Sequence record: PQ900155.1
Direction: 5' to 3' (one strand)
Source of the DNA: Escherichia phage vB_Eco_CWW26
Length of the DNA stretch: 48,021 nt
Notes under the pieces: model-generated
What the model saw: the letters and a program-made list of their open reading frames with translations, nothing else
Told to the model about the DNA's origin: nothing
Database searches by the model: none
In this document: piece by piece, positions 28,730 through 37,315 of the stretch
Numbering within the stretch: the first letter of the stretch is position 1
Layout: each line of letters starts with the position of its first letter
Made by a program: the position numbers and the translations under genes

Positions 28730-29587
28730 ATGGCTTTAGACCGCAGCAACCGTTACCCGGGAAGGTTTGAGAATCCCACAACTGTATCACCCCAGGGAGC
28801 ATTTAAAAACCGCACATCACCAACGGCGGAAGATGGTTCGTATTTCGAGGCTGACTGGGCCAATGACTGGGATGGTTTTTTTGCTCGCATCCTCAACGTG
28901 GCGGGTGTTACGCCAAATGGAACCGTCGATAACGGTACGTCGAGCCAGCTTTACGACGCACTCATGACTGCCACACCGGGTCGGTTGTTGAATGTGCGTA
29001 CACTCACATCGTCTGGGATTTATACCCCGACAACAGGTACGAAGGCCATTAAGGTGACTCTCACCGGTGGTGGTGGCGGTGGTGGTGGTTGTCAGGCAAC
29101 TAGTACATCCGATACGTTCTCTGGTGCCGGTGGTGGCGCAGGTGGGACTGTTGTCGCCTGGATTACTTCCCCAGCGTCGTCATACTCTGTAACGATTGGT
29201 GCTGGTGGTGCCGGCGGCGTGGGTGCAAACGCGGGTTCTGCTGGTGGAAACAGTGTATTCGGCACACTAACAGCGGGTGGTGGTGGTGGTGGTCTGAAAT
29301 CATCTGTTACGTCCACGCCAGGTGGTTTGAGTGGTACAGCAACCGGCGGCCTAATAAACATTCGTGGTGGTGATGGTAGTGATGGTCAGAACGGTACGTA
29401 TTTCGTCACCGGTAACGGTGGGTCATCCTTCTGGGGCGGTGGCGGTCGTGCCGGTGCGTTAGGTGGGGTTACCGGGAAAGCCCCTGGTAGTGGTGGCGGC
29501 GGTGCATATGATGTTGGTGTGAGTGGTACATCATACACCGGTGGAGCGGGTGCTGCCGGTATCGTAATGATTGAGGAATACTCATAA
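28730..29587 (+). CDS. Gly-rich tail fiber protein
   Basis: Glycine runs (TGGGGGGGGC, GAGGGAGG, GGGGGGL) after a fiber-like N-terminus. Confidence 0.5.
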   Translation: MALDRSNRYPGRFENPTTVSPQGAFKNRTSPTAEDGSYFEADWANDWDGFFARILNVAGVTPNGTVDNGTSSQLYDALMTATPGRLLNVRTLTSSGIYTPTTGTKAIKVTLTGGGGGGGGCQATSTSDTFSGAGGGAGGTVVAWITSPASSYSVTIGAGGAGGVGANAGSAGGNSVFGTLTAGGGGGGLKSSVTSTPGGLSGTATGGLINIRGGDGSDGQNGTYFVTGNGGSSFWGGGGRAGALGGVTGKAPGSGGGGAYDVGVSGTSYTGGAGAAGIVMIEEYS

Positions 29588-29818
29588 GGTTTTACAACCT
29601 TCCCACCAGTTTTGCCACCGGGACACTCTGTCCCGGTCGGACATCAGAACTTCCCCGTTATGTGGAATTACCGTAGCGGCTCGTTCAGGGTCGCCATTAA
29701 TCGTCCACAATTCACCACTCGGCGTAAGCAGGTCGTTAGATGGCGGCGGACATTTGCGTACTTCCTGAGTACACGCGGCTAAAGTAAGTACAGATATCAG
29801 CAGGATAAGTTTTTTCAT
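29582..29818 (-). CDS. o-spanin (Rz1-like outer-membrane lipoprotein)
   Basis: Signal peptide with lipobox LTLAAC; proline-rich mature part; ATGA overlap with i-spanin. Confidence 0.6.
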   Translation of the reverse strand: MKKLILLISVLTLAACTQEVRKCPPPSNDLLTPSGELWTINGDPERAATVIPHNGEVLMSDRDRVSRWQNWWEGCKTL

Positions 29819-30129
29819 TTTACAGTCGCATCATACAGGTCGAGGATACCGCTTTCTTTGACACACTGAGCGGTGGCGGAGTCTTTGATTCGGTCACGGT
29901 AGATGGCGACTTTTTCAACGACTTTTTTGGAACGAGCTTCTTTCAGTTCCTGTTGCTTTTTCTGCAATTCCACATCGGAAGCATTGAGTTTTTCTTGTAG
30001 CGCATTACGGGCTTCAACGACTGTCTTATATTCTTTGAAATCGTCCAACTTGACCGACTGCTTCCCTTGTGAATATCCCCACCAGAACGCCAGCGCAAGC
30101 AACACAAGTGCTGGTATAATTGTGCGCAT
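29815..30129 (-). CDS. i-spanin (Rz-like)
   Basis: N-terminal TM helix IIPALVLLALAFWWGY, then a charged coiled-coil region; start overlaps endolysin stop. Confidence 0.6.
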   Translation of the reverse strand: MRTIIPALVLLALAFWWGYSQGKQSVKLDDFKEYKTVVEARNALQEKLNASDVELQKKQQELKEARSKKVVEKVAIYRDRIKDSATAQCVKESGILDLYDATVK

Positions 30130-30671
30130 CATTTCTCCCCCAGTGTATACAGGCACAAATACTCTTCCTGCTCCCGACGAATTGGCTGCCCGGAACAGTT
30201 GTTGCTTTTGATACGGCAGTCTTTACCGCCATCAAAAACCCAACGTGGAATCTGTTTACACGCATTCTTCCAGTCGCCTTTTTGCAGTAACTTAAAGAAT
30301 GTTGACCCCTTACATTTGGTAGGTCCAATGTTGTACGGGCAGAACGATGCAATACCGACCTGTTGCACCGGGTTCAGTTTTACCGGAATATTCTCACGTA
30401 CCCATTCGAGTGACTTCTGCGCTTCCTTATCGTTCAGAAGGTCACATTGCTTTTCGGTAAGTCGCATACCCTTTGTGACTGGTTTACCATCAATGCGTGT
30501 GATTCCACGACAGATGGTCCAGATACCTTTACCGTCCCGGTACGCAGTGGTGCGGTTACCTTCCTTCTCGTTCAGGAACTGGTTGAACAGGTCCGTCTGC
30601 GTGACTACTCCCCCCCCTAATGCAAATACTGCCAGGAGTGCCGTCATTTGCTTACTTAAAGGATTTTTCAT
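30129..30671 (-). CDS. SAR endolysin (GH24 / T4-lysozyme-like)
   Basis: Catalytic signature EKEGNRTTAYRDGKGIWTICRGI; N-terminal Gly/Ala-rich weakly hydrophobic segment TALLAVFALGGGVV typical of a signal-anchor-release domain. Confidence 0.7.
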   Translation of the reverse strand: MKNPLSKQMTALLAVFALGGGVVTQTDLFNQFLNEKEGNRTTAYRDGKGIWTICRGITRIDGKPVTKGMRLTEKQCDLLNDKEAQKSLEWVRENIPVKLNPVQQVGIASFCPYNIGPTKCKGSTFFKLLQKGDWKNACKQIPRWVFDGGKDCRIKSNNCSGQPIRREQEEYLCLYTLGEK

Positions 30672-30725
30672 TTTGTTACACTCGTTGTACAATTAAGCTT
30701 AATCCTAACATATAAAGGCGACAAA

Positions 30726-30836
30726 ATGTACAAGACTAAACCACGTAAAGCAGGTGACGCCGGTGGGACATGTGTTAAACCCCGTGGTAAAACAGGTGAC
30801 GCGGGCGGTTCCAAAGTAAAACGCCGGACCAAATAA
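30726..30836 (+). CDS. small basic Gly-rich peptide (36 aa, putative)
   Basis: Hand-translated MYKTKPRKAGDAGGTCVKPRGKTGDAGGSKVKRRTK with internal repeat K(A/T)GDAGG; weak SD. Confidence 0.2.
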   Translation: MYKTKPRKAGDAGGTCVKPRGKTGDAGGSKVKRRTK

Positions 30837-30839
30837 ACA

Positions 30840-31250
30840 ATGTACACCTTCCTGATTGCCTCGCTAATCGTCAGACCCCGGAGAGCCTCGTTTCTCTTCG
30901 TGCTGGTGGCAACTCTCTTTCAGGAGTTATGTGGTAATATGGATGGTTCGATTTATTTTTTCCTCGCCGCATTTTGTGATTTCATCGTAGCCGGTGTTCT
31001 GTACCATTTTGGAACATCCCGAAAGTCTCTCGACATGATGCTCATCAGCATTGTTTCCATGTCGATCAATCTGACAGGCTGGCTCCTGTGGTTTTTCTAT
31101 CAACCGCTCGATGTCTATGTGGCAATGTTCACGGTGCTGTACTGTGCGGCAATCCTCACGATACTGAAAAAGGATAGTGACGATGCTGGAGGTATTGCGG
31201 TTCATATCGACAACTCTGGTCATCATCCTTATGCTGGCGCAGGTCGTTGA
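30840..31250 (+). CDS. integral membrane protein (3-4 TM; holin or exclusion candidate)
   Basis: Several hydrophobic helices; divergent from the lysis cassette. Confidence 0.4.
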   Translation: MYTFLIASLIVRPRRASFLFVLVATLFQELCGNMDGSIYFFLAAFCDFIVAGVLYHFGTSRKSLDMMLISIVSMSINLTGWLLWFFYQPLDVYVAMFTVLYCAAILTILKKDSDDAGGIAVHIDNSGHHPYAGAGR

Positions 31251-31276
31251 GTGGTATATCAAAGCGAGAAAACATT

Positions 31277-31558
31277 ATGAGCTTTACCGGAAACACACAA
31301 GCCGGAACGGTAGTAGCAAGCGGAACGACGGTAACGGGTCTAATGACTAAGTACGGTATCACCCCGGAAACCATCGGTATCTTCGCAACATTAGTGGGTA
31401 TCGTACTTTCTCTGGTGATGATTTACGGTCACATCAAGCGTATCAGAAATGAATCGGCGGAACGCAAGGAAAAGGAAGCCATTGCGAGAATTGAAAAGGA
31501 AAAGGCAGAGATTGAACTTGCTGAAATGCGCCGAAGGATGAACAACCCGGCGCAGTGA
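31277..31558 (+). CDS. holin-like protein (one TM helix, charged C-terminal tail)
   Basis: TM IGIFATLVGIVLSLVMIYG followed by KRIRNESAERKEKEAIARIEKEKAEIELAEMRRR; start ambiguous (TTG 31247 or ATG 31277). Confidence 0.4.
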   Translation: MSFTGNTQAGTVVASGTTVTGLMTKYGITPETIGIFATLVGIVLSLVMIYGHIKRIRNESAERKEKEAIARIEKEKAEIELAEMRRRMNNPAQ

Positions 31559-31574
31559 CGCGCCGGTAATTTCA

Positions 31575-31916
31575 CTACCCGTAAGGCTTCCACACGACCA
31601 CGGATGCTTTTTCGCATTGCCTTACCATATCCGCAGTCCCATTACCGCCGGGAAACGCAACACAGTAATCGGGTTTTCCAAAGTTTAACATTGCCCAATT
31701 TCGTTTCGGTCCGGCCCCTTTACCATGTGCATTCCACAGGGCATCCATTCTCATAACGAACACGCCGTGTTTCTTAGCCCACATGTCAGCGATGCTATCC
31801 GCACCTCTCGCACCACCGTGGATAATTAGTTCAATTTTGAACGGCAACATCTCCATAGCTTTTTCGAACGCATCAAAATCCGAATAACCCCGCCCACCTG
31901 TTATGAGAACTTTCAT
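31575..31916 (-). CDS. SLOG/DUF2493-like Rossmann-fold protein
   Basis: LITGGRGYSD...HGGARGAD...AFPGGNGT pattern; ATGA overlap with the polymerase gene. Confidence 0.45.
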   Translation of the reverse strand: MKVLITGGRGYSDFDAFEKAMEMLPFKIELIIHGGARGADSIADMWAKKHGVFVMRMDALWNAHGKGAGPKRNWAMLNFGKPDYCVAFPGGNGTADMVRQCEKASVVVWKPYG

Positions 31917-34027
31917 TTTGTGACCCCCAACAACGGCAGAACTAACTTTTCCGCTTCCTGAATGTACCAGTCATAATTTAGTGCACCCCAGTCAAAATCC
32001 TTAGCGTCGGCACACTCTGTCACCTTCCATCCTACATACATCCCGGTTTCACGCACTGCATCATGCTTGCTGCGGCTTTTCGTGTGGATACGCTCGTCCC
32101 ACGGTGTGCCGATGCTGTCGAGTTCTCCAGGTTGACCGGTAATCTCACACATTACCTCGTTGTACACGTCGTCCTTGATACCATTCTTACGCTTCCATGT
32201 GCCCGGTACACCGGTTGGCGGTAACAGCTTAACCAGTGACCCACCATTACGCGAGATAAACACACGTGTGGTATTCTGCATCTCCTGTTCAGCACCCCAC
32301 TCAGGCCAACGCATGACCAGACGTGCGCTTCTGGGCACCTTAGCACGTAGCATAAAGTCGAACGGGTCACGGTGCTGTGTGATGAATGTGCGAATGTCCA
32401 CACCGTGTACGAGGGCTGCTTCAGCTGCGCGGGCAACAATCATCGCCGATGGGTCCTGATGCCACTGGTAATTGTACTCGTAAGCGCCTTTACGCTTGAT
32501 TTTACCGTCCGTACCAACCTGAATATAGTTGTTCACATCTCGCTGATAAACCGAGGCGATATCCTCGCATTCCAGATTCAGTTGTGTGACATCCATCCAC
32601 CACTGACACACATTGTCAACGTGTTCCAGGCATTGCGCCGGGTGGTGCAGGATGAGGCCATCGGTGTTAGTCTGCACGATGGTCATCTGTGGGACTTTAC
32701 GCAACTGTTCGACCAGCATCGCCATACTCAACTGACCAGTAATGGTAATGCTCAACAGACATTTGTGGTCACAGAAAGGGCTGAAGCGACTACCCATATT
32801 CCCGAATGTACCGTTTAGTGCTAGTTTGAGCGTGGCATCGACTACCTTATCACCCGCACGCTTTGCATCACGGCGGCGAAAAAATAACTGTTCGTACACA
32901 TCGCAAAATGTTTCACCAAGGTGCTCGGGATAGTACCGGTTTTTAATGGCGAGCGACGGATACAGACTTGTCACATCGCGCGCGCTCATAACGAAACCGT
33001 CACCGGATTTATAAATGCAGTTCGGAATCCCACTGTGGATACCACCCAGCCCGAATGTATATTCAATACCATCAACAGTGGCGACCATGTCACTAAATAC
33101 GCCTTTGGTGGTCAGTAATTCATCCTGTTGCTTTTTGGTCAACACTACCGATTTCATTCTGTTCATGATATCGGTGAACTCTGTTGTCTCCAGCTTGACA
33201 TATGGAGGAATCACATCGGTGAGCGCAATACGTTCACGAATGGTTACCCCGGAGCAATCTACCCCGGCCTTTTCCAGTTCGTGAACGAATATATCTTTGC
33301 CGATTTTTGTATCGGCGTGGTTCATAAAGTTACGTCCGTATTGCTTTGTCAGTTCCTCGCGGAAATGAATTTTGTCGAGTGAACGTACAAAGAATTTAAG
33401 TGTTTCGCGAACGTCGTGCTTGTTGTATGCGATGAGAATGTCTTTCTGCTGGTCGTTTAGCACCATTCCGACCGGGAATGGCAGGTCTTTTACGTTAGGG
33501 GACTGCATACCCACTTCTAACGCCTTCAGACTAGTGCGTCGGGCTTTATTATCGAAGTGGTTTATTTTGTACAGATCAATCTGCTCGAAAATCTGGTCGC
33601 GGTCCCATATAATTTCTGGCCACTGACCTTCGGGCTTAATCTGTGATTGCGCTTTTGCGTAAATCTGTTCCAGTGTACAACCCGGTGCATTGACCACGTA
33701 GTGCAGCACTGGATAGTCGAATGCCAGGTTATTAAATCCAATCCCACGGGCCTTACTACGTCCCAGGTTGAATACGAATTCGATTAATTGCGACTGCTCG
33801 TTTTTGCGGTCACTGATTTCGAAGATTAACTCCATACCCGTCGCAGCGTGAATAAATGAGGCGGTGAAGATGTTAGGATATGTTTCGATGTCCCACCCCC
33901 AGTCCCGCGGGTCCAGTGGTGCGATGCTGGAGAACGCCGAATCAGCCCCACAGTGGGGGCAATTGTGGAGGTCAGCGGGATAATTTTTGCCACACGTTGC
34001 ATCCTCGCATTTTGATAAATAGTGCAT
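31913..34027 (-). CDS. DNA polymerase (family-B-like motifs, N-terminal zinc ribbon)
   Basis: Exo DxE WGWDIETYPN; motif A DVTSLYPSLAI; motif B-like KLALNGTFGNMG; TDG. ATG at 34027 with GGAGAGGA SD (ORF track starts TTG 34057). Confidence 0.65.
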   Translation of the reverse strand: MHYLSKCEDATCGKNYPADLHNCPHCGADSAFSSIAPLDPRDWGWDIETYPNIFTASFIHAATGMELIFEISDRKNEQSQLIEFVFNLGRSKARGIGFNNLAFDYPVLHYVVNAPGCTLEQIYAKAQSQIKPEGQWPEIIWDRDQIFEQIDLYKINHFDNKARRTSLKALEVGMQSPNVKDLPFPVGMVLNDQQKDILIAYNKHDVRETLKFFVRSLDKIHFREELTKQYGRNFMNHADTKIGKDIFVHELEKAGVDCSGVTIRERIALTDVIPPYVKLETTEFTDIMNRMKSVVLTKKQQDELLTTKGVFSDMVATVDGIEYTFGLGGIHSGIPNCIYKSGDGFVMSARDVTSLYPSLAIKNRYYPEHLGETFCDVYEQLFFRRRDAKRAGDKVVDATLKLALNGTFGNMGSRFSPFCDHKCLLSITITGQLSMAMLVEQLRKVPQMTIVQTNTDGLILHHPAQCLEHVDNVCQWWMDVTQLNLECEDIASVYQRDVNNYIQVGTDGKIKRKGAYEYNYQWHQDPSAMIVARAAEAALVHGVDIRTFITQHRDPFDFMLRAKVPRSARLVMRWPEWGAEQEMQNTTRVFISRNGGSLVKLLPPTGVPGTWKRKNGIKDDVYNEVMCEITGQPGELDSIGTPWDERIHTKSRSKHDAVRETGMYVGWKVTECADAKDFDWGALNYDWYIQEAEKLVLPLLGVTK

Positions 34028-34065
34028 CTCTGTTCCTCTCCGTAAGAAAAGCCCCAATTAAGGGG

Positions 34066-34245
34066 CTAAACGATAATAGTGTCACCTACTTTTAAAGCGT
34101 AGGCTTCATTTCGGTCTTTGAACCATCTTTCTGTATTTGAAACACTTCCCCAGCAGTTGTATTCAATCTTGACACGGTATGTTTGATACTCTTCATCCCA
34201 CATCGGTTCTTCCACTTTGGTTACCGTTGCATTAAGATTATTCAT
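34066..34245 (-). CDS. hypothetical small protein (59 aa)
   Basis: Hand-translated MNNLNATVTKVEEPMWDEEYQTYRVKIEYNCWGSV...; ATGA-coupled to upstream small ORF. Confidence 0.3.
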   Translation of the reverse strand: MNNLNATVTKVEEPMWDEEYQTYRVKIEYNCWGSVSNTERWFKDRNEAYALKVGDTIIV

Positions 34246-34391
34246 CCCCGTGTATACTCCGTATCATTTGTTTTATTTAACCCATTCTGGTTAATGTATT
34301 CCCGGCGTTGCTCCTGCACCTGTTTAATAGCCTTTTCCAGTTCGGCTAACTTGTCATCAAACTGTTTCAGTCGTTGGTCGTGTTCGGTCAT
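34242..34391 (-). CDS. hypothetical small coiled-coil protein (49 aa)
   Basis: Hand-translated MTEHDQRLKQFDDKLAELEKAIKQVQEQRREYINQ...; ATG overlaps the exonuclease stop. Confidence 0.3.
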   Translation of the reverse strand: MTEHDQRLKQFDDKLAELEKAIKQVQEQRREYINQNGLNKTNDTEYTRG

Positions 34392-34921
34392 AATTTCACC
34401 CCGTGCTTTTCACAAATTTCAATTAAGTGCCACGCTTGCGTGCGAGCGTCATCCAACGCATTATGATGCGTACCGAAACGGTCGCACTTAACGTCTGGAA
34501 ACAGCGATTTCATTGTGCGATAACAACGGTCATTCCAGAATTTCCACGGTTGGTTTTGACCGCATTTACGATATGCAGCACTGAGAATGGTGTTATCGAA
34601 TGCAGCACCGTTCCCCCACATCTGAACATCGCCGAATTTTTCCAACCAGGTTGCAAAATCATTAAGAACGGTTGCGAGAGATTGGGCTTTTTCGTTGTTC
34701 TCAAATGCAGCACGTGCGGCATCGGATTGTTGCAACCACCACAGCACTGTAGAAGTGTCCATTTCAAGTCCCTGACGCACTGAGCTATCAAGCGACACTT
34801 GCGCATAAAACCCTTCTTGCTCAACATTCTGAGCATCAAAAATAACCGCACCAATGGCAATAATTGCTGCACGATTACCGTTGCCCATTGTCTCAAGGTC
34901 TAACATGCAATGTTTCATCAT
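34388..34921 (-). CDS. 3'-5' exonuclease (DnaQ-like DEDD family)
   Basis: N-terminal MLDLETMG (Exo I D-x-E) and C-terminal HNALDDAR (Exo III). Confidence 0.6.
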   Translation of the reverse strand: MMKHCMLDLETMGNGNRAAIIAIGAVIFDAQNVEQEGFYAQVSLDSSVRQGLEMDTSTVLWWLQQSDAARAAFENNEKAQSLATVLNDFATWLEKFGDVQMWGNGAAFDNTILSAAYRKCGQNQPWKFWNDRCYRTMKSLFPDVKCDRFGTHHNALDDARTQAWHLIEICEKHGVKL

Positions 34922-34964
34922 CTCTCCGGATTAAATTACCCCGGCTCGCACCGGGGCGTTGTAG

Positions 34965-35768
34965 TTATGCTACTTTCTGACAGTGTTGTGCGATTAACTC
35001 TTCGCTCCAGCCTGGCATATTGAGCAACTGTGCTTTGGTATACACCGCGCCGTTGTAGCTGTACTTCTCTTCGACAACCGGCGGCGGTGTTACTAACAGG
35101 TCAGTTGCTGGCGGCGGTGTTGCAGGTGCCGGAGCAGCCGGAGCCGGGGTTGGAACAGGTGCGCCGCCGCCGAATACACTTGCCGCATCCGGACCGCTGC
35201 CTTCACGAACAATCGCTTCACCGGGGCGTGACAGTTCGAGCAGGTTTGGGTTCAGATATACGCCCGGAGACTTTGCTGGTTTATTGCCTTTAGCCACGAT
35301 ATTTACGCGTACATAGTCACCCAGCTTGATAGCGTTTGCGTCCTGAATTGCGTCCAGCGGGCTATATTTGCCAACGTGGTAGCAGTTGTAGGGAATTCGA
35401 GTATTAAGATGTAATACCCAGTGGCCGCGTTTGTAAGGGTCACTATTAGGAACATTACCTTCCTTGTTGGGAATGTCGCTATCGCCGTCAACTACCTTCC
35501 ATGAGAAATCGTTACGACGGGTCATTGCCTCATCGTAACCATGTTCAGCATCCAGTGCCGCCATGACGATTTGTTTGCCCCATTCGGTATCTTTCCAGTC
35601 TGCTTCACCAGTTTTAGGAATTGCAATACCGATGTAAATTTCCTTAACTGGCTGACCATCTTTACCGATGACCGGCTGTTTTGTGACTTTATCGGTGCGT
35701 ACATTTTGCTTCAGCGGGTGACCATGAATCAGACGAGCAACAGGGGTAACGAAAGTAAATTGAGCCAT
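34965..35768 (-). CDS. putative ssDNA-binding protein (DUF2815-like) with Pro/Ala-rich linker
   Basis: Position next to the Cas4-like nuclease; linker PVPTPAPAAPAPATPPPA; family from memory only. Confidence 0.35.
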   Translation of the reverse strand: MAQFTFVTPVARLIHGHPLKQNVRTDKVTKQPVIGKDGQPVKEIYIGIAIPKTGEADWKDTEWGKQIVMAALDAEHGYDEAMTRRNDFSWKVVDGDSDIPNKEGNVPNSDPYKRGHWVLHLNTRIPYNCYHVGKYSPLDAIQDANAIKLGDYVRVNIVAKGNKPAKSPGVYLNPNLLELSRPGEAIVREGSGPDAASVFGGGAPVPTPAPAAPAPATPPPATDLLVTPPPVVEEKYSYNGAVYTKAQLLNMPGWSEELIAQHCQKVA

Positions 35769-35822
35769 CTTGTAAATCCTCTCTGCTAAGTGTGGGAGAC
35801 CCTCTGTCTCCCGGTGATTTGA

Positions 35823-35851
35823 ATACTACGTTGGTTTGACGAGTACGTCAA
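35823..35851 (-). promoter_or_regulatory. sigma70-like promoter, palindromic -35 (leftward)
   Basis: Minus strand TTGACG-tactcgtcaaaccaacg-TAGTAT; palindrome TTGACGAGTACGTCAA 35836-35851; 5'UTR hairpin GGGAGAC-N5-GTCTCCC. Confidence 0.55.
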
Positions 35852-35854
35852 CAA

Positions 35855-37030
35855 CTATTTTCGGGAAAATACATTTTTAATTGCACGTTCATCGACCTGT
35901 TCCAGCTTGACACCTGTCACAGGTGTTTCGGAGTACTGCTCAATAATGGACGGGTCGATACCTTTTTTGACACACTGTGCGGGTGTGTCCAGTTCCTGCG
36001 GCTTACGAAGATTCTGACCGAGTAAATCCCCCATCATAATCACCTGGTCAACCGGAACATCTTTCTTCCAGCGCTTACGACCGTATGTGGTTTTGGCGCT
36101 ATAGAATGTCACGTGTTGCCCCTGCTTAATCTCGTGCAGTGCCTGTTCCTCCAGACCACTGAGACGCATTTTAATCATCTCCTGAGCACGCTGCAGGAGT
36201 CGCAATTCAACACCCAGGGCATGACCGGACAGGTTGTGCGTCTGTAACGACTGCACGTAGTCCACACCGGCATAACTTTGTTGCTTCAGCGTGTCACAGT
36301 GTGCGCGTGCGCTACAGTCGAGACAGTGTGGCCCCGGCGTACACATCGGCGCGGTGTCCAGCACGCGGGGCATCGTCTCGTTCACCTGCTGCCGGTATAC
36401 ACACAGTTCATCGTATGTGAGCGCCCATTTGCGTACCGTACCGTCACTGGTGAATCCGCGAGGCTGCACGATGACCAGTTCAATAACGTCCGGCGGCGTC
36501 TGGAATTGCTCACAAATACTGAACGCTTCAATCAATAGCTGCCAGTTTTCAAACGGGTCAACAATGCGATGACCGAATTTAGCGTCCCAGACACGTAGTA
36601 CCTTTTCTTCCGGTACGTACACCCACGCGTCAGGAATACAGTACCAGTCGCCGTAACCCGGGACGGGACACGCTTCCTCAACGTGAAGTCCCTGAGTGCA
36701 GTCATGACTGTTACAGTAACCCCACACCTCGTTAAAATACTCACGAGCGGCGTCAAACAGTTCATCCGTGATAACAATTCCATCCTTTGACAGACTGCCC
36801 ACCAGTTCACCAAACGGCTCATTACGGAACAGTTTCTGAGCCACTTCGTGACATGCCCGGCCCTCTAGCCGGGATTGTGACGGTTCGACGTCCAGTGGTG
36901 GATAAGCCTGCTGCGCACGGAACGACCCGTTACAGTTCATCCACGTACCAGCGTCGGATACTTTGGGTAAATTAGTCATGTTTACTCCAACCCATCCATT
37001 ACGACCAGACGCAATCCCGCAATTAGGCAA
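35855..37030 (-). CDS. Cas4-like PD-(D/E)xK nuclease (DUF2800-like) with C-terminal Cys cluster
   Basis: Cys cluster CTPGPHCLDCSARAHC near the C-terminus; adjacency to the SSB-like gene. Confidence 0.45.
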   Translation of the reverse strand: MPNCGIASGRNGWVGVNMTNLPKVSDAGTWMNCNGSFRAQQAYPPLDVEPSQSRLEGRACHEVAQKLFRNEPFGELVGSLSKDGIVITDELFDAAREYFNEVWGYCNSHDCTQGLHVEEACPVPGYGDWYCIPDAWVYVPEEKVLRVWDAKFGHRIVDPFENWQLLIEAFSICEQFQTPPDVIELVIVQPRGFTSDGTVRKWALTYDELCVYRQQVNETMPRVLDTAPMCTPGPHCLDCSARAHCDTLKQQSYAGVDYVQSLQTHNLSGHALGVELRLLQRAQEMIKMRLSGLEEQALHEIKQGQHVTFYSAKTTYGRKRWKKDVPVDQVIMMGDLLGQNLRKPQELDTPAQCVKKGIDPSIIEQYSETPVTGVKLEQVDERAIKNVFSRK

Positions 37031-37311
37031 TTATCACCGTATGCAAAATTTGCGGTATGTGGTGATTTAGCCATCACACTGGTGTCAGAAACCCATTCAA
37101 AATCGATTCCCTGTTTTTCGATGATTTCCATACCAATACCATAAGCGTTAGAAGGGCAAAACGGTTGCCAGTGGTCTTGCTCATTTCTTACGAATAAACA
37201 ATCACCGTGATGTTCCCGAATTATGAAACCATTCACTTGTTCACCCGGTTTGAAAATCTTGTAATTTAGTTTCAGCGCTTTTGCGACATTTAAGTCTAGT
37301 TCTTTGTCCAT
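36982..37311 (-). CDS. hypothetical protein (109 aa)
   Basis: ATG at 37311 (MDKELDL) within ORF-track frame; overlaps the downstream gene start. Confidence 0.4.
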   Translation of the reverse strand: MDKELDLNVAKALKLNYKIFKPGEQVNGFIIREHHGDCLFVRNEQDHWQPFCPSNAYGIGMEIIEKQGIDFEWVSDTSVMAKSPHTANFAYGDNCLIAGLRLVVMDGLE

Positions 37312-37315
37312 TGTC

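Noticed and set aside
29050-29300. GGT/GGC-rich DNA tracts as a possible non-coding repeat
   Set aside because: They are in frame within the Gly-rich tail fiber gene (28730..29587) and encode poly-Gly segments.
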